Assembly (NCBI GenBank): GCA_003244145.1
Contig: QHBM01000070.1
Location: 204-16,058 of the forward strand
From: Chthoniobacterales bacterium
GTDB taxonomy: Bacteria > Verrucomicrobiota > Verrucomicrobiia > Chthoniobacterales > UBA10450
Length of the DNA: 15,855 nt
Direction: 5' to 3'
Part shown: in pieces, positions 1-7,390 of the stretch
How the letters are laid out: every line of letters begins with the position of its first letter
Numbering within the stretch: position 1 is the first letter of the stretch
The notes under the pieces: generated by a model
Seen by the model: the letters and a program-made list of their open reading frames with translations, nothing else
Databases searched by the model: none
What the model was told of the DNA's origin: nothing
Position numbers and translations under genes: made by a program

Positions 1-485
1 TGGTTTTCGGAACGCTCCACACCAACAACGCGCGCAAGACCATCGATCGCATGGTCGATGTTTTCCCCGCCAACAAACAGGCCCAGGCGCGGACGATGCT
101 CGCCAATTCGCTCCGCGGCGTGCTGGCGCAGTTGCTTTTGAAAAAGGCGGACGGCTCCGGCCGGCTCGCGGTGAACGAGATCCTGATCGCAAGTCCCGCC
201 GTATCGGCCATTATTCGCGAGGGCGCGACGCAGAAACTTCAGGACGTAATTGTTGCCGGCAAAGGGCAGGGGATGCAGTTCATGGACGACGCGATCCACG
301 CCTTGTTGCAACAGGGCGCCGTCACGCCTCACGAAGCTTTCATGAAGGCGATCGACAAGCGGCGCTTCAAGATATTTCTCCCGGCGGAGGAGGCGAGCCT
401 TGGGGACGCCGCCGGTTCCGCGCCGGACGACCAGAAGCGGGCGCCGGGCGATTTCGTGAAAGCCAAGGGTTCGCGCCCTAGATAG
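1..485 (+). CDS. pilT: PilT-family type IV pilus retraction ATPase, C-terminal ~160 codons (5' end outside the window)
   Basis: The frame is open from the window edge (codons start at nt 3). The translation VFGTLHTNNARKTIDRMVDVFPANKQAQARTMLANSLRGVLAQ...GRLAVNEILIASPAVSAIIREG...GMQFMDDAI matches the conserved His-box-to-C-terminus layout of PilT/PilU ATPases. The stop is TAG at 483-485. PilT and PilU cannot be separated without the N-terminal half. Confidence 0.75.
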   Translation, partial: VFGTLHTNNARKTIDRMVDVFPANKQAQARTMLANSLRGVLAQLLLKKADGSGRLAVNEILIASPAVSAIIREGATQKLQDVIVAGKGQGMQFMDDAIHALLQQGAVTPHEAFMKAIDKRRFKIFLPAEEASLGDAAGSAPDDQKRAPGDFVKAKGSRPR

Positions 486-496
486 CACCGCCTTCG

Positions 497-525
497 TTGA
501 CAGGAAAATTGCAGGGTGATACCGT
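497..525 (+). promoter_or_regulatory. Candidate sigma70-type promoter for the HNH gene
   Basis: A perfect TTGACA sits at 497-502, followed by a 17-nt spacer, an extended -10 style TG at 517-518 and TACCGT at 520-525. It lies directly after the pilT stop and about 20 nt upstream of the GTG at 545. The -10 hexamer matches consensus at only 3 of 6 positions, and the promoter consensus of this lineage is unknown. Confidence 0.3.
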
Positions 526-544
526 CGCCGCAATTTACGCCGAC

Positions 545-1156
545 GTGCACACGCTACTTAATACGCAGGTTCTGGTGCTGAACCGCCTCTGGCAGGCGGT
601 CAATATTTGTTCGGCGCGGCGGGCCTTTACTCTCCTTTACCAAGGCCACGCCCAGGTTGTTTCCTCAGATCCAGCCAACAATTTTCTGACTCACGACTTT
701 GCCAGTTGGCGCGATTTCTCCGCCACCGCGCCAGACAATGAAGTAGTCACCACGATCTCTTGGAAGATCCGGGTCCCACGCGTGATTGTGCTTCTCCTTT
801 TTGATCGGTTGCCGAAAAAGGAAGTGAAGTTCACCCGGCATAACGTCTTCGAGCGGGATAAGAACACCTGCCAATATTGCGGCCACATTTTCGAGCGAAC
901 GGAGCTGAATCTCGATCATGTCCACCCACGCGATAAGGGCGGCCTAACGACTTGGGAGAACGTCGTCTGTTCCTGCATCGCTTGTAATACACGAAAAGGA
1001 AATCGGCTGCCCCACGAGGTGCACATGACTTTGATTCGCAAACCGAAGCGGCCGAAATGGCGACCGTTCGTGCATGTGACCTTCACCTCGCAACATCACG
1101 AGAGTTGGCGGCATTTCGTCGACCTCGCGTATTGGAACGTCGAGCTCAGCGACTGA
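545..1156 (+). CDS. Stand-alone HNH endonuclease (HNH_5/McrA-like, ~200 aa)
   Basis: The core ERDKNTCQYCGHIFERTELNLDHVHPRDKGGLTTWENVVCSCIACNTRKGNR has the C-x2-C ... DH ... N ... C-x2-C-N HNH zinc-finger layout. The N-terminal VLVLNRLWQAV...ARRAFTLLYQG module is typical of the widespread ~190-aa single-domain HNH family. The ORF is open from the TTG at 497. I prefer the GTG at 545 because 497-502 looks like a -35 box and family members start a few residues before VLVLN. The start is uncertain. The stop is TGA at 1154-1156. Confidence 0.75.
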   Translation: MHTLLNTQVLVLNRLWQAVNICSARRAFTLLYQGHAQVVSSDPANNFLTHDFASWRDFSATAPDNEVVTTISWKIRVPRVIVLLLFDRLPKKEVKFTRHNVFERDKNTCQYCGHIFERTELNLDHVHPRDKGGLTTWENVVCSCIACNTRKGNRLPHEVHMTLIRKPKRPKWRPFVHVTFTSQHHESWRHFVDLAYWNVELSD

Positions 1157-1180
1157 TTCCGGCAAAATCGATAGACCGCA

Positions 1181-1242
1181 GATTGCGCGGATTTAGACGG
1201 ATGAAGAAGGTGTCTTATCCGTGATATCCGCGTAATTCGCGG
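1181..1242. repeat. Compound CGGAT/ATCCG palindromic element between convergent HNH and nuoN genes; possible bidirectional terminator
   Basis: The outer stem pairs GATTGCGCGGAT (1181-1192) with ATCCGCGTAATT (1226-1237), 10 of 12 complementary. The inner stem pairs ACGGAT (1197-1202) with ATCCGT (1217-1222) around the loop GAAGAAGGTGTCTT. An alternative hairpin is CCGCG-TAATT-CGCGG (1228-1242). There is no clean U-tract on either strand. Confidence 0.5.
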
Positions 1243-1245
1243 TCA

Positions 1246-2670
1246 TCATTTCAGCGCATCCAGAATGGGCTGCGGATAAACGCCCAGAAAAATAATGCCG
1301 CCGATCATCGCAGCCATCGCGAACCGCGAAATTCCGCTCAACGGAACGGCGACATCGCTCGTGGACGCTTCCCAGTACATCGCGCGCACGACTTTCAGAT
1401 AATAGTAGAATCCGCACGCCACCGTGATCACACCGACCACCAGCAGCGTGGTTTGATGATGCCGGATCGCGGCGTCGAAGATGTAGAATTTCCCGAGAAA
1501 GCCCGCGGTGAACGGAACGCCCGCGAGCGAAGCCATCGCGATGGTCATGGCGAAGGCGAGAAAGGGCGAGCGCTTCGAGAGCCCGTTAAAGTCCTCGATG
1601 TTGTCGCCGGTTTGTTTCGCGACCACGATCAGAACGGCAAAGCTCAAAAGCGTCATGAGCAAATAGGCGACGAGATAAAACGCAATCGCTTCCCCCGCCA
1701 GGCAAACGATTCCCACCAGCAGATACCCGGCGTGCGCGATGCTCGAGTAGGCGAGGAGCCGTTTCAAATTGCTTTGCGGAAGGGCTGCGAGATTTCCGTA
1801 GATCAAGGTCAAAAGCGCCATCACCAGAAGGACCCGCTCCATCTGCGGGAGGACGAAGAACGGTTGCAGTACCCGCAAAAGGACGACGAATCCCGCCGCC
1901 TTCGAGCCGACGGAAAGATACGCGGTAACCGGGGTCGGCGCGCCTTGGTAAACATCGGGCACCCAGAGTTGGAACGGCACCGCCGCAATTTTAAAGCCGA
2001 GCGCCACGAGCACGAGCACCATGCCGAAAAGCGCCGGACCACTCTCGATCGCCGGATCGGCCAGCGCGACGGCGATGCGGGCGAGATTCGTCTGGCCGGT
2101 CACGCCGAAAATCCAGGTGATCCCGTAAACGAGGAACCCGGTCGAGAGGGCGCTCAGGATCAAATATTTCACGCCGGCCTCCAGCGTGGCCGGATTGCGG
2201 CGAGTGAAACTGACCAGCACGTAAAACGACATCGTCACCAATTCCAGCGAAACGAAGATCATGACGAAGTCGATCGCCGACGCCATCCACATCAGGCCTA
2301 CGCAGGTGAAAACTGGCAGCGCGAAGAATTCGCCGAGACCTGCTTGATGCGTGGTGCCGTGGATCGATTCCCGCACGATCGGCGCGTAGTCGATCATCAT
2401 GACGAGAACGAAAATGGTGGTGACGAGAGCGAAGCGTTTGAAAAAGATTGCGAGCGGGTCGGCGGTGTAGAAACTCCAGAAGCCACTCGTCGCAACATCC
2501 GCGGGCGAGGGCGTGAGAAAAAAACTGGCAACGAGAACAGCGGCGAGGCCGAAGATGGCGGTGAAAGCGAGGGTGCGTTTGTCGATGCGCTCGAAGAACG
2601 CTTCGACCATCAGCACGAACAGGCCGATGAGGAGGACTTCAATTTCCAGGATGGGCGCGCCGATCGTCAT
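1246..2670 (-). CDS. nuoN: NADH-quinone oxidoreductase subunit N
   Basis: This is a polytopic antiporter-like protein with WVPDVYQGAPTPVTAYLSVGSKAAGF and RLLAYSSIAHAGYLLVG, and it is the last gene of the string. I set the start at Met26 of the track ORF (ATG 2668-2670), which overlaps the nuoM stop as ATGA. The 25-codon upstream extension overlaps nuoM and is not hydrophobic. Confidence 0.9.
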   Translation of the reverse strand: MTIGAPILEIEVLLIGLFVLMVEAFFERIDKRTLAFTAIFGLAAVLVASFFLTPSPADVATSGFWSFYTADPLAIFFKRFALVTTIFVLVMMIDYAPIVRESIHGTTHQAGLGEFFALPVFTCVGLMWMASAIDFVMIFVSLELVTMSFYVLVSFTRRNPATLEAGVKYLILSALSTGFLVYGITWIFGVTGQTNLARIAVALADPAIESGPALFGMVLVLVALGFKIAAVPFQLWVPDVYQGAPTPVTAYLSVGSKAAGFVVLLRVLQPFFVLPQMERVLLVMALLTLIYGNLAALPQSNLKRLLAYSSIAHAGYLLVGIVCLAGEAIAFYLVAYLLMTLLSFAVLIVVAKQTGDNIEDFNGLSKRSPFLAFAMTIAMASLAGVPFTAGFLGKFYIFDAAIRHHQTTLLVVGVITVACGFYYYLKVVRAMYWEASTSDVAVPLSGISRFAMAAMIGGIIFLGVYPQPILDALK

Positions 2671-4142
2671 GGCTTCGAGGTAAAATAACTTTTGAAGGTC
2701 GGCGTGACGATGCGCACAAACGTTTGCGGAAAGAACCCGAACCAAAGTGTGAGCGCGACGAGCATTCCAATCGGGATCCGCAAGCTCCGTTGCAGGTCGG
2801 TCGCGCCGCTCAGCGATTCAAGCGCGGGGCCCATGAAGACGCGGCGATAAGCGCGCAACATATAGACGGCCGAGATCACCACACCCCAGAGACCAAGGAC
2901 GGCTGCGATCTGGTAAATGCCGAACCGTTCCGGGTTGGCGCCGTTTCGGAACGCACCGAAGAGCACCATCACTTCGCCGGTGAAATTGGCGAAGCCCGGC
3001 AGACCGATCGACGCGAATGCGGCCAGGCCGAACGCGAAGGCTGCGCGCGGCATGATTTTTCCGAGCCCGCCCAGCTCGCGCAACACCAGTGTGCCGGTCC
3101 GCTGCCGGATTTCGCCGCTGATTGCGAAAAGCAACGCGATCGAAATTCCGTGCGCGAAAATCAGGACGGCGGCCCCGCTCGTGCCGAGCAAAGTGCCGCT
3201 GGCGATGCCGAGGAAAATGTAACCCATGTGCATCACGCTCGAATAACCGAGCATCCAATCGAGACGCTTCTGCGCGATCGTGACCAGGCCGATGTAGATG
3301 ATGTTGCCGAGCAGAAGCACGATCAGAAGCGTGTTCCATCGTTCGGCGCCACCGGGCAGGAGCGGGATGGCCACACGGAGCAAACCGTAAAGGCCAAATT
3401 TTTTGAGCACGCCCGCGTGCAGCATCGCTGCCGGCGCCGGAGCGGAGGCGTACGCTTCCGGAGCCCAACTGTGAAACGGAAAAAGCGAAACGAGAATGCC
3501 GAAGCCGACCAGAAGAAGCAGAAAAATATTACTCTGCGCCTCGGCCGGAATCAGGCCGGCTGTTTTTTGGAGCGCGCGAATGTCAAAGCTCCGCGCCGCT
3601 TCCGGCAGGCTGCGATAAAGCATGATCAGTCCCAGCAGAAGAATGAAACTTCCGGTTGCGAGATAGATCGTGATTTTCCACGCGGCCGCCTGACGGTTTC
3701 CCGTTCCCCAGATCCCGATGAGAAGGAACGTCGGGATCAGCGCGAGTTCGTGGAAAGCGTAGAAGAAGAAAAGATCGAGGGACGCGAACGCTCCGAAGGC
3801 GCCGCCCGCGATAAGAAGAAGGCAGGCGTAGAACGCGTGTTCGTGTTGCGTAATCTTCCCGGTGAACCAGATGGCGGCGAAGGTCACGACCGCCGTGAGC
3901 AGCAACATCATCAGGCTCAGCCCGTCGACGCCGAGAGTGAAATTGATCTTCCAATCGCTGCTGATCGGGAACGAGATGACGGCCTGAAAGCCGCGTTGCC
4001 CTGCTTCGAATCCGAGATACATCAGCACGGTCGCGACCAGGGTGAAGCCCGCGGCCCAGAGCGCGGTCCGCCGCGGAGGCGCGCCAAATAGAATGGCGAT
4101 CGCGGCCAGAATCGGCAAAAGAACGATGAAGAGCAGAATCAT
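2667..4142 (-). CDS. nuoM: NADH-quinone oxidoreductase subunit M
   Basis: This is an antiporter-like membrane protein with HSWAPEAYASAPAPAAMLHAGVLKKFGLYG and LGYSSVMHMGYIFLG. The start is set at Met37 of the track ORF (MILLFIVLLPILAA..., ATG 4140-4142), which overlaps the nuoL stop as ATGA. Confidence 0.9.
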   Translation of the reverse strand: MILLFIVLLPILAAIAILFGAPPRRTALWAAGFTLVATVLMYLGFEAGQRGFQAVISFPISSDWKINFTLGVDGLSLMMLLLTAVVTFAAIWFTGKITQHEHAFYACLLLIAGGAFGAFASLDLFFFYAFHELALIPTFLLIGIWGTGNRQAAAWKITIYLATGSFILLLGLIMLYRSLPEAARSFDIRALQKTAGLIPAEAQSNIFLLLLVGFGILVSLFPFHSWAPEAYASAPAPAAMLHAGVLKKFGLYGLLRVAIPLLPGGAERWNTLLIVLLLGNIIYIGLVTIAQKRLDWMLGYSSVMHMGYIFLGIASGTLLGTSGAAVLIFAHGISIALLFAISGEIRQRTGTLVLRELGGLGKIMPRAAFAFGLAAFASIGLPGFANFTGEVMVLFGAFRNGANPERFGIYQIAAVLGLWGVVISAVYMLRAYRRVFMGPALESLSGATDLQRSLRIPIGMLVALTLWFGFFPQTFVRIVTPTFKSYFTSKP

Positions 4143-5935
4143 CGGAAAAGGGTGAAGTAGATCAGGCCGACGATTCCCAAACCAAAGAGGAACGAATAAG
4201 CCTGCAGGTTCCCGACTTGGAGCAGCCGCAGGAGCGAGCCGATCCCCCAAGTCGCCGTGCTCGAGCCGCGCACAAAGCCGGCATCGAGGATCCAGCGATC
4301 GATGAACGCGCTCAGTTTTGCCAGCAGCTCCTGGGTCGCGCCGATCAGGAATGCGTAAAGTTCATCGAAGTAGAATTTTTTCCGGAGCAACGCGAAATCG
4401 ATCGGATCGGTTTGCCGATTCCGGTAGAGCAGCGTCGCGCAAATCACGCCGGCCACGGTCGCGCCGAGCGCCATTCCCGGGACGAGCCAGTTCGTTTCCT
4501 TCTCCGCCGGCAACGCCACAAAAAGTTTCGCGACGAACCCGAATCCGGACGCGAACGCCGGGATCGCGAGAAGAATGAGCGGCCCGATCATGATCCACGG
4601 CGCTTCCCGGCCGGCGCGCGCGTGATCGCTGCGCGGTTTGCCGAAGAAGACCACCACGACCAGGCGCAGCATATAGAACGCGGTCAGGAACGCCGTAAAA
4701 AGCGCGAGCCAGAAAATGGCGCGATCTTTTTCGTAAGCCAGCGCGAGAATTGCGTCCTTGCTGAAGAAGCCGCTGAAGGGCGGGAAGCCGATCAAGGCCA
4801 GCGTGCCGACCAGGAAAGTGAGGAACGTGATGCCGAGACGGCCTGCAAGTCCGCCCATCTTCCAGATGTTTTGCTCGTGATGGAGCATGACGATGATCGA
4901 ACCGGCGCCGAGGAAAAGGAGCGCCTTAAAAAAAGCGTGCGTGAACAAATGGAACATCGCCGCCTGGCCCGAAGCGAGCCCGACGGCCATGATCATGTAG
5001 CCGAGCTGTGAAAGAGTGGAGTAGGCGAGAATGCGTTTGATGTCGTTCTGCTGCGTCGCGATGAGCGCGGCCATCACGGCGGTGATCGTCCCAATCCAGG
5101 CGATGACCCAAAGCGCTTCCGCCGACGCCTGAATTAGAAAACTGACCCGCACCAGCATGTAAACGCCCGCCGCCACCATGGTCGCGGCGTGGATCAACGC
5201 CGAGATCGGCGTCGGACCTTCCATGGCATCCGGCAACCACACGTGAAGCGGGAATTGCGCGGACTTTCCGACCGCGCCGCAAAAAATTAGAAGCGCGGAA
5301 ATGGTGAGATAACCGGGGTAACTTGTGATCCGGCCGATCTGTTGCGCCATCTCCCCGAAAACCACCGAGCCGGTCGCGGCCCACGCCATCATGATCCCGA
5401 GCATGAATCCGAAATCGCCGAGGCGATTGGTCAGAAACGCTTTCTTTGCCGCTTCGGCAGCGGCATCGCGTTCGAACCAATGGCCGATCAGCAAGTAGGA
5501 ACTGAACCCGACCAGGTCCCAAAAGATGAACATCATCACGAAATTGTTCGCGAGGACGATGCCGAGCATCGAGAACATGAAGAACGAAAGCGACGCGAAG
5601 TAGCGCGACTTGCCCGCATCGTCGCGCATGTAGCCGAGCGAATAGACGTGGATGAGCGCGCCGATGCCGGTGACAAGGACGAGCATCGTCTTGCTCAAAT
5701 CATCGAGGACGAATCCGAGCGGCACGTAAAGAACCGGCCGGAAATCGAGCCAGGTCAGCTCGAGCGCGTGGATGTTCGGCGTGGCGAAAACGACGCAGCT
5801 CAGTGCGAAGCTGGCGAGAACGGCGGCGACGGAAATGAAGCTGCTCAAGCCGCGATATGATTTCGTGAACAGGACGATCACGACCGCTGCGAGAAACGGC
5901 AGGAGCAAAATATACCAGGGCAGTGCGCTGCTCAT
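4139..5935 (-). CDS. nuoL: NADH-quinone oxidoreductase subunit L
   Basis: The 598-aa product contains WLPDAMEGPTPISALIHAATMVAAGVY and ILAYSTLSQLGYMIMAVG. Its C-terminal amphipathic stretch plus a final TM segment (FDELYAFLIGATQELLAKL...LGIVGLIYFTLF) matches the NuoL lateral-helix layout. Confidence 0.92.
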   Translation of the reverse strand: MSSALPWYILLLPFLAAVVIVLFTKSYRGLSSFISVAAVLASFALSCVVFATPNIHALELTWLDFRPVLYVPLGFVLDDLSKTMLVLVTGIGALIHVYSLGYMRDDAGKSRYFASLSFFMFSMLGIVLANNFVMMFIFWDLVGFSSYLLIGHWFERDAAAEAAKKAFLTNRLGDFGFMLGIMMAWAATGSVVFGEMAQQIGRITSYPGYLTISALLIFCGAVGKSAQFPLHVWLPDAMEGPTPISALIHAATMVAAGVYMLVRVSFLIQASAEALWVIAWIGTITAVMAALIATQQNDIKRILAYSTLSQLGYMIMAVGLASGQAAMFHLFTHAFFKALLFLGAGSIIVMLHHEQNIWKMGGLAGRLGITFLTFLVGTLALIGFPPFSGFFSKDAILALAYEKDRAIFWLALFTAFLTAFYMLRLVVVVFFGKPRSDHARAGREAPWIMIGPLILLAIPAFASGFGFVAKLFVALPAEKETNWLVPGMALGATVAGVICATLLYRNRQTDPIDFALLRKKFYFDELYAFLIGATQELLAKLSAFIDRWILDAGFVRGSSTATWGIGSLLRLLQVGNLQAYSFLFGLGIVGLIYFTLFR

Positions 5936-5942
5936 GGGTTCG

Positions 5943-6263
5943 TCAGAATTTCAAACTGCTCACGTCTTCCACATGCGTCGTCTGCCGCGCCCGATAGAGC
6001 GCGACGATAATGGCGAGCCCGACCGCAACCTCCGCGGCCGCCACGGTGATGATAAAAAAGACGAAGACCTGCGCGTTGTAATCGGGCATCCCGGCAGAGG
6101 TGAGCCGGAAACGCGAGAAGGCCACGAGCGAAAGGTTGGCCGCGTTCAGCATCAGCTCGAGCGACATGAAAATGATGATGATGTTGCGGCGCAGGAGCAC
6201 ACCCGCGAAGCCGATGGTGAAGAGCAATCCGCTGACGATGAGATATTGCCCGAGTGTAACCAT
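5943..6263 (-). CDS. nuoK: NADH-quinone oxidoreductase subunit K
   Basis: The 106-aa product is a three-TM protein with the signature [16 protein letters not shown]. It sits between nuoJ and nuoL. A GGGAG lies about 10 nt upstream of the ATG. Confidence 0.9.
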   Translation of the reverse strand: MVTLGQYLIVSGLLFTIGFAGVLLRRNIIIIFMSLELMLNAANLSLVAFSRFRLTSAGMPDYNAQVFVFFIITVAAAEVAVGLAIIVALYRARQTTHVEDVSSLKF

Positions 6264-6264
6264 G

Positions 6265-6768
6265 CTAGCGCAGCTCCCGTTTGCTAAGCACGATCACACC
6301 AATCGTCGCGACCAGGACCAGCACGCCGATAATTTGGAACGGCAGATTGTAATTCGTGAAAAGAAGCAGACCGACGCTGTGGACGTCATCCGTCTTCGGT
6401 GACACCAGTGGCGGGAAGGTTTTTTGCGCGGCGCTCAGTTGTCCGACCACAAAACAAATCTGAATGAAGAACGCCAGCGCGACCCCCGCGCCGCCCACGA
6501 CCGCGACCAGATTGATTTTCCGCCTCTCTTCCATCCGCAGATCCAGCAGCATGATGATGAACAAAAAGAGAACCATGACCGCGCCCGCATAGACCAGGAC
6601 CTGGATGATTCCGATGAAGAACGCATCGAGCGACATGAACAGCGCCGACAATCCCATGAAGCAGACGACGAGACTGAGCGCGCTAGCGATCGGGTTGCGA
6701 TTGATGATAACCGCCGCGCCGAAGACCAGCATCACGAAGGCGAAGAACCAAAATAATACCGGGGACAT
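6265..6768 (-). CDS. nuoJ: NADH-quinone oxidoreductase subunit J
   Basis: The 167-aa hydrophobic protein contains [21 protein letters not shown], the NuoJ-type YxGA(V/I)xVLF motif. It sits between nuoI and nuoK, and its stop is 1 nt from the nuoK start. Confidence 0.85.
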   Translation of the reverse strand: MSPVLFWFFAFVMLVFGAAVIINRNPIASALSLVVCFMGLSALFMSLDAFFIGIIQVLVYAGAVMVLFLFIIMLLDLRMEERRKINLVAVVGGAGVALAFFIQICFVVGQLSAAQKTFPPLVSPKTDDVHSVGLLLFTNYNLPFQIIGVLVLVATIGVIVLSKRELR

Positions 6769-6775
6769 TTTAGGG

Positions 6776-6856
6776 AGCCACGGATGAACACGGATGAAAC
6801 ACGGATAACAGATCCGAAAAGAAGAAATCCGTGTTTGTCCGTGTTAATCCGTGGCT
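6776..6856. repeat. 81-bp imperfect palindromic (REP/MITE-like) element in the nuoI-nuoJ spacer
   Basis: The left arm carries CACGGAT at 6779, 6789 and 6800. The right arm carries ATCCGTG at 6827, GTCCGTG at 6837 and ATCCGTG at 6847, plus GATCCG at 6811 in the loop. The arms AGCCACGGATGAACACGGATGAAACACGGAT and ATCCGTGTTTGTCCGTGTTAATCCGTGGCT pair over about 28 bp with 2 to 3 mismatches or bulges. The element fills nearly all of the only sizeable non-coding gap in the operon (6769-6858). Confidence 0.8.
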
Positions 6857-6858
6857 AC

Positions 6859-7389
6859 TCATTTCTTTTCGTTCCATTTCAAAACGACGCCGTGCATGAC
6901 ACCGCCGATTTCCAGCAGTTTCTCTTTGTTGTGGACCATGTCGGCGCGGGTGAAGCCCGTGATGGCGTAATCTTTTCGGAGGTAAATCGCCTGCTCGGGA
7001 CAAACTTCTTCGCAAAGGCCGCAATAAATGCAGCGGATCATGTCGATATCGAATTCCTGCGGAAATTTTTCAACCTTGGCGAAGCGATCGCCCGCCGCAA
7101 ATTCGCCCGGGATAATTTTGATCGCACGCGGCGGACAGATGAATTCGCAGAGCTGGCAAGCCACGCAACGGACCCGGCCGGTGTCGTCGCGCACGAGGGC
7201 GGGCGCGCCGCGATAATGTTCCGGCATCTGGTTGTCCCATTTCTCCTCGGGATATTGCATGGTCACTTTGGTGCGACCGAAAAGCATGTTTCGGAAATGC
7301 TTTATCGTGATCGCCATCCCGCTCAGGATCGCCGGCAAATAGGCGCGCTCGCGCCAATTGAGTTTCGGTCGTGAAACGGTAATCGCCAT
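6859..7389 (-). CDS. nuoI: NADH-quinone oxidoreductase subunit I (2x[4Fe-4S] ferredoxin-type)
   Basis: The 176-aa product has two CxxCxxCxxxCP motifs, CVACQLCEFICP and CIYCGLCEEVCP. The ATG at 7387-7389 lies 1 nt after the nuoH stop. Confidence 0.93.
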   Translation of the reverse strand: MAITVSRPKLNWRERAYLPAILSGMAITIKHFRNMLFGRTKVTMQYPEEKWDNQMPEHYRGAPALVRDDTGRVRCVACQLCEFICPPRAIKIIPGEFAAGDRFAKVEKFPQEFDIDMIRCIYCGLCEEVCPEQAIYLRKDYAITGFTRADMVHNKEKLLEIGGVMHGVVLKWNEKK

Positions 7390-7390
7390 A

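Noticed and set aside
1201-1210. An identical 10-mer, ATGAAGAAGG, at 1201-1210 (loop of the 3' palindrome) and at 10115-10124 (the nuoG start and cassette flank).
   Set aside because: On the order of 100 identical 10-mer pairs are expected by chance in 15.8 kb. The copy at 10115 largely reflects the nuoG start codon context on the opposite strand.
1453-2688. A 411-aa + strand ORF antisense to nuoN. The same pattern occurs at 2724-4091 (455 aa, antisense to nuoM), 4217-5011, 5342-5860 and 5772-6287 (antisense to nuoL and nuoK).
   Set aside because: The translations are R/E/D/H/G-rich low-complexity strings with no recognisable motif. Each lies entirely opposite a gene with strong complex I signatures. 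Long antisense ORFs are an expected artefact of GC-rich codon usage.
2671-2745. N-terminal extensions in the ORF track that create long gene overlaps: nuoN to 2745, nuoM to 4250, nuoH to 8626, lipoprotein A to 13523 and the TonB-like gene to 15105.
   Set aside because: In each case an internal Met begins the expected hydrophobic or signal sequence and sits exactly at or just after the upstream stop codon (ATGA or TGATG overlaps, or short gaps). The extensions are hydrophilic and Arg-rich and overlap the well-supported upstream gene.
6784-7374. A 196-aa + strand ORF starting inside the palindromic element (MNTDETRITDPKRRNPCLSVLIRGYSF...).
   Set aside because: Its N-terminus is simply the translated repeat, and the remainder is antisense to nuoI. 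It is useful only as a fingerprint of the repeat family.
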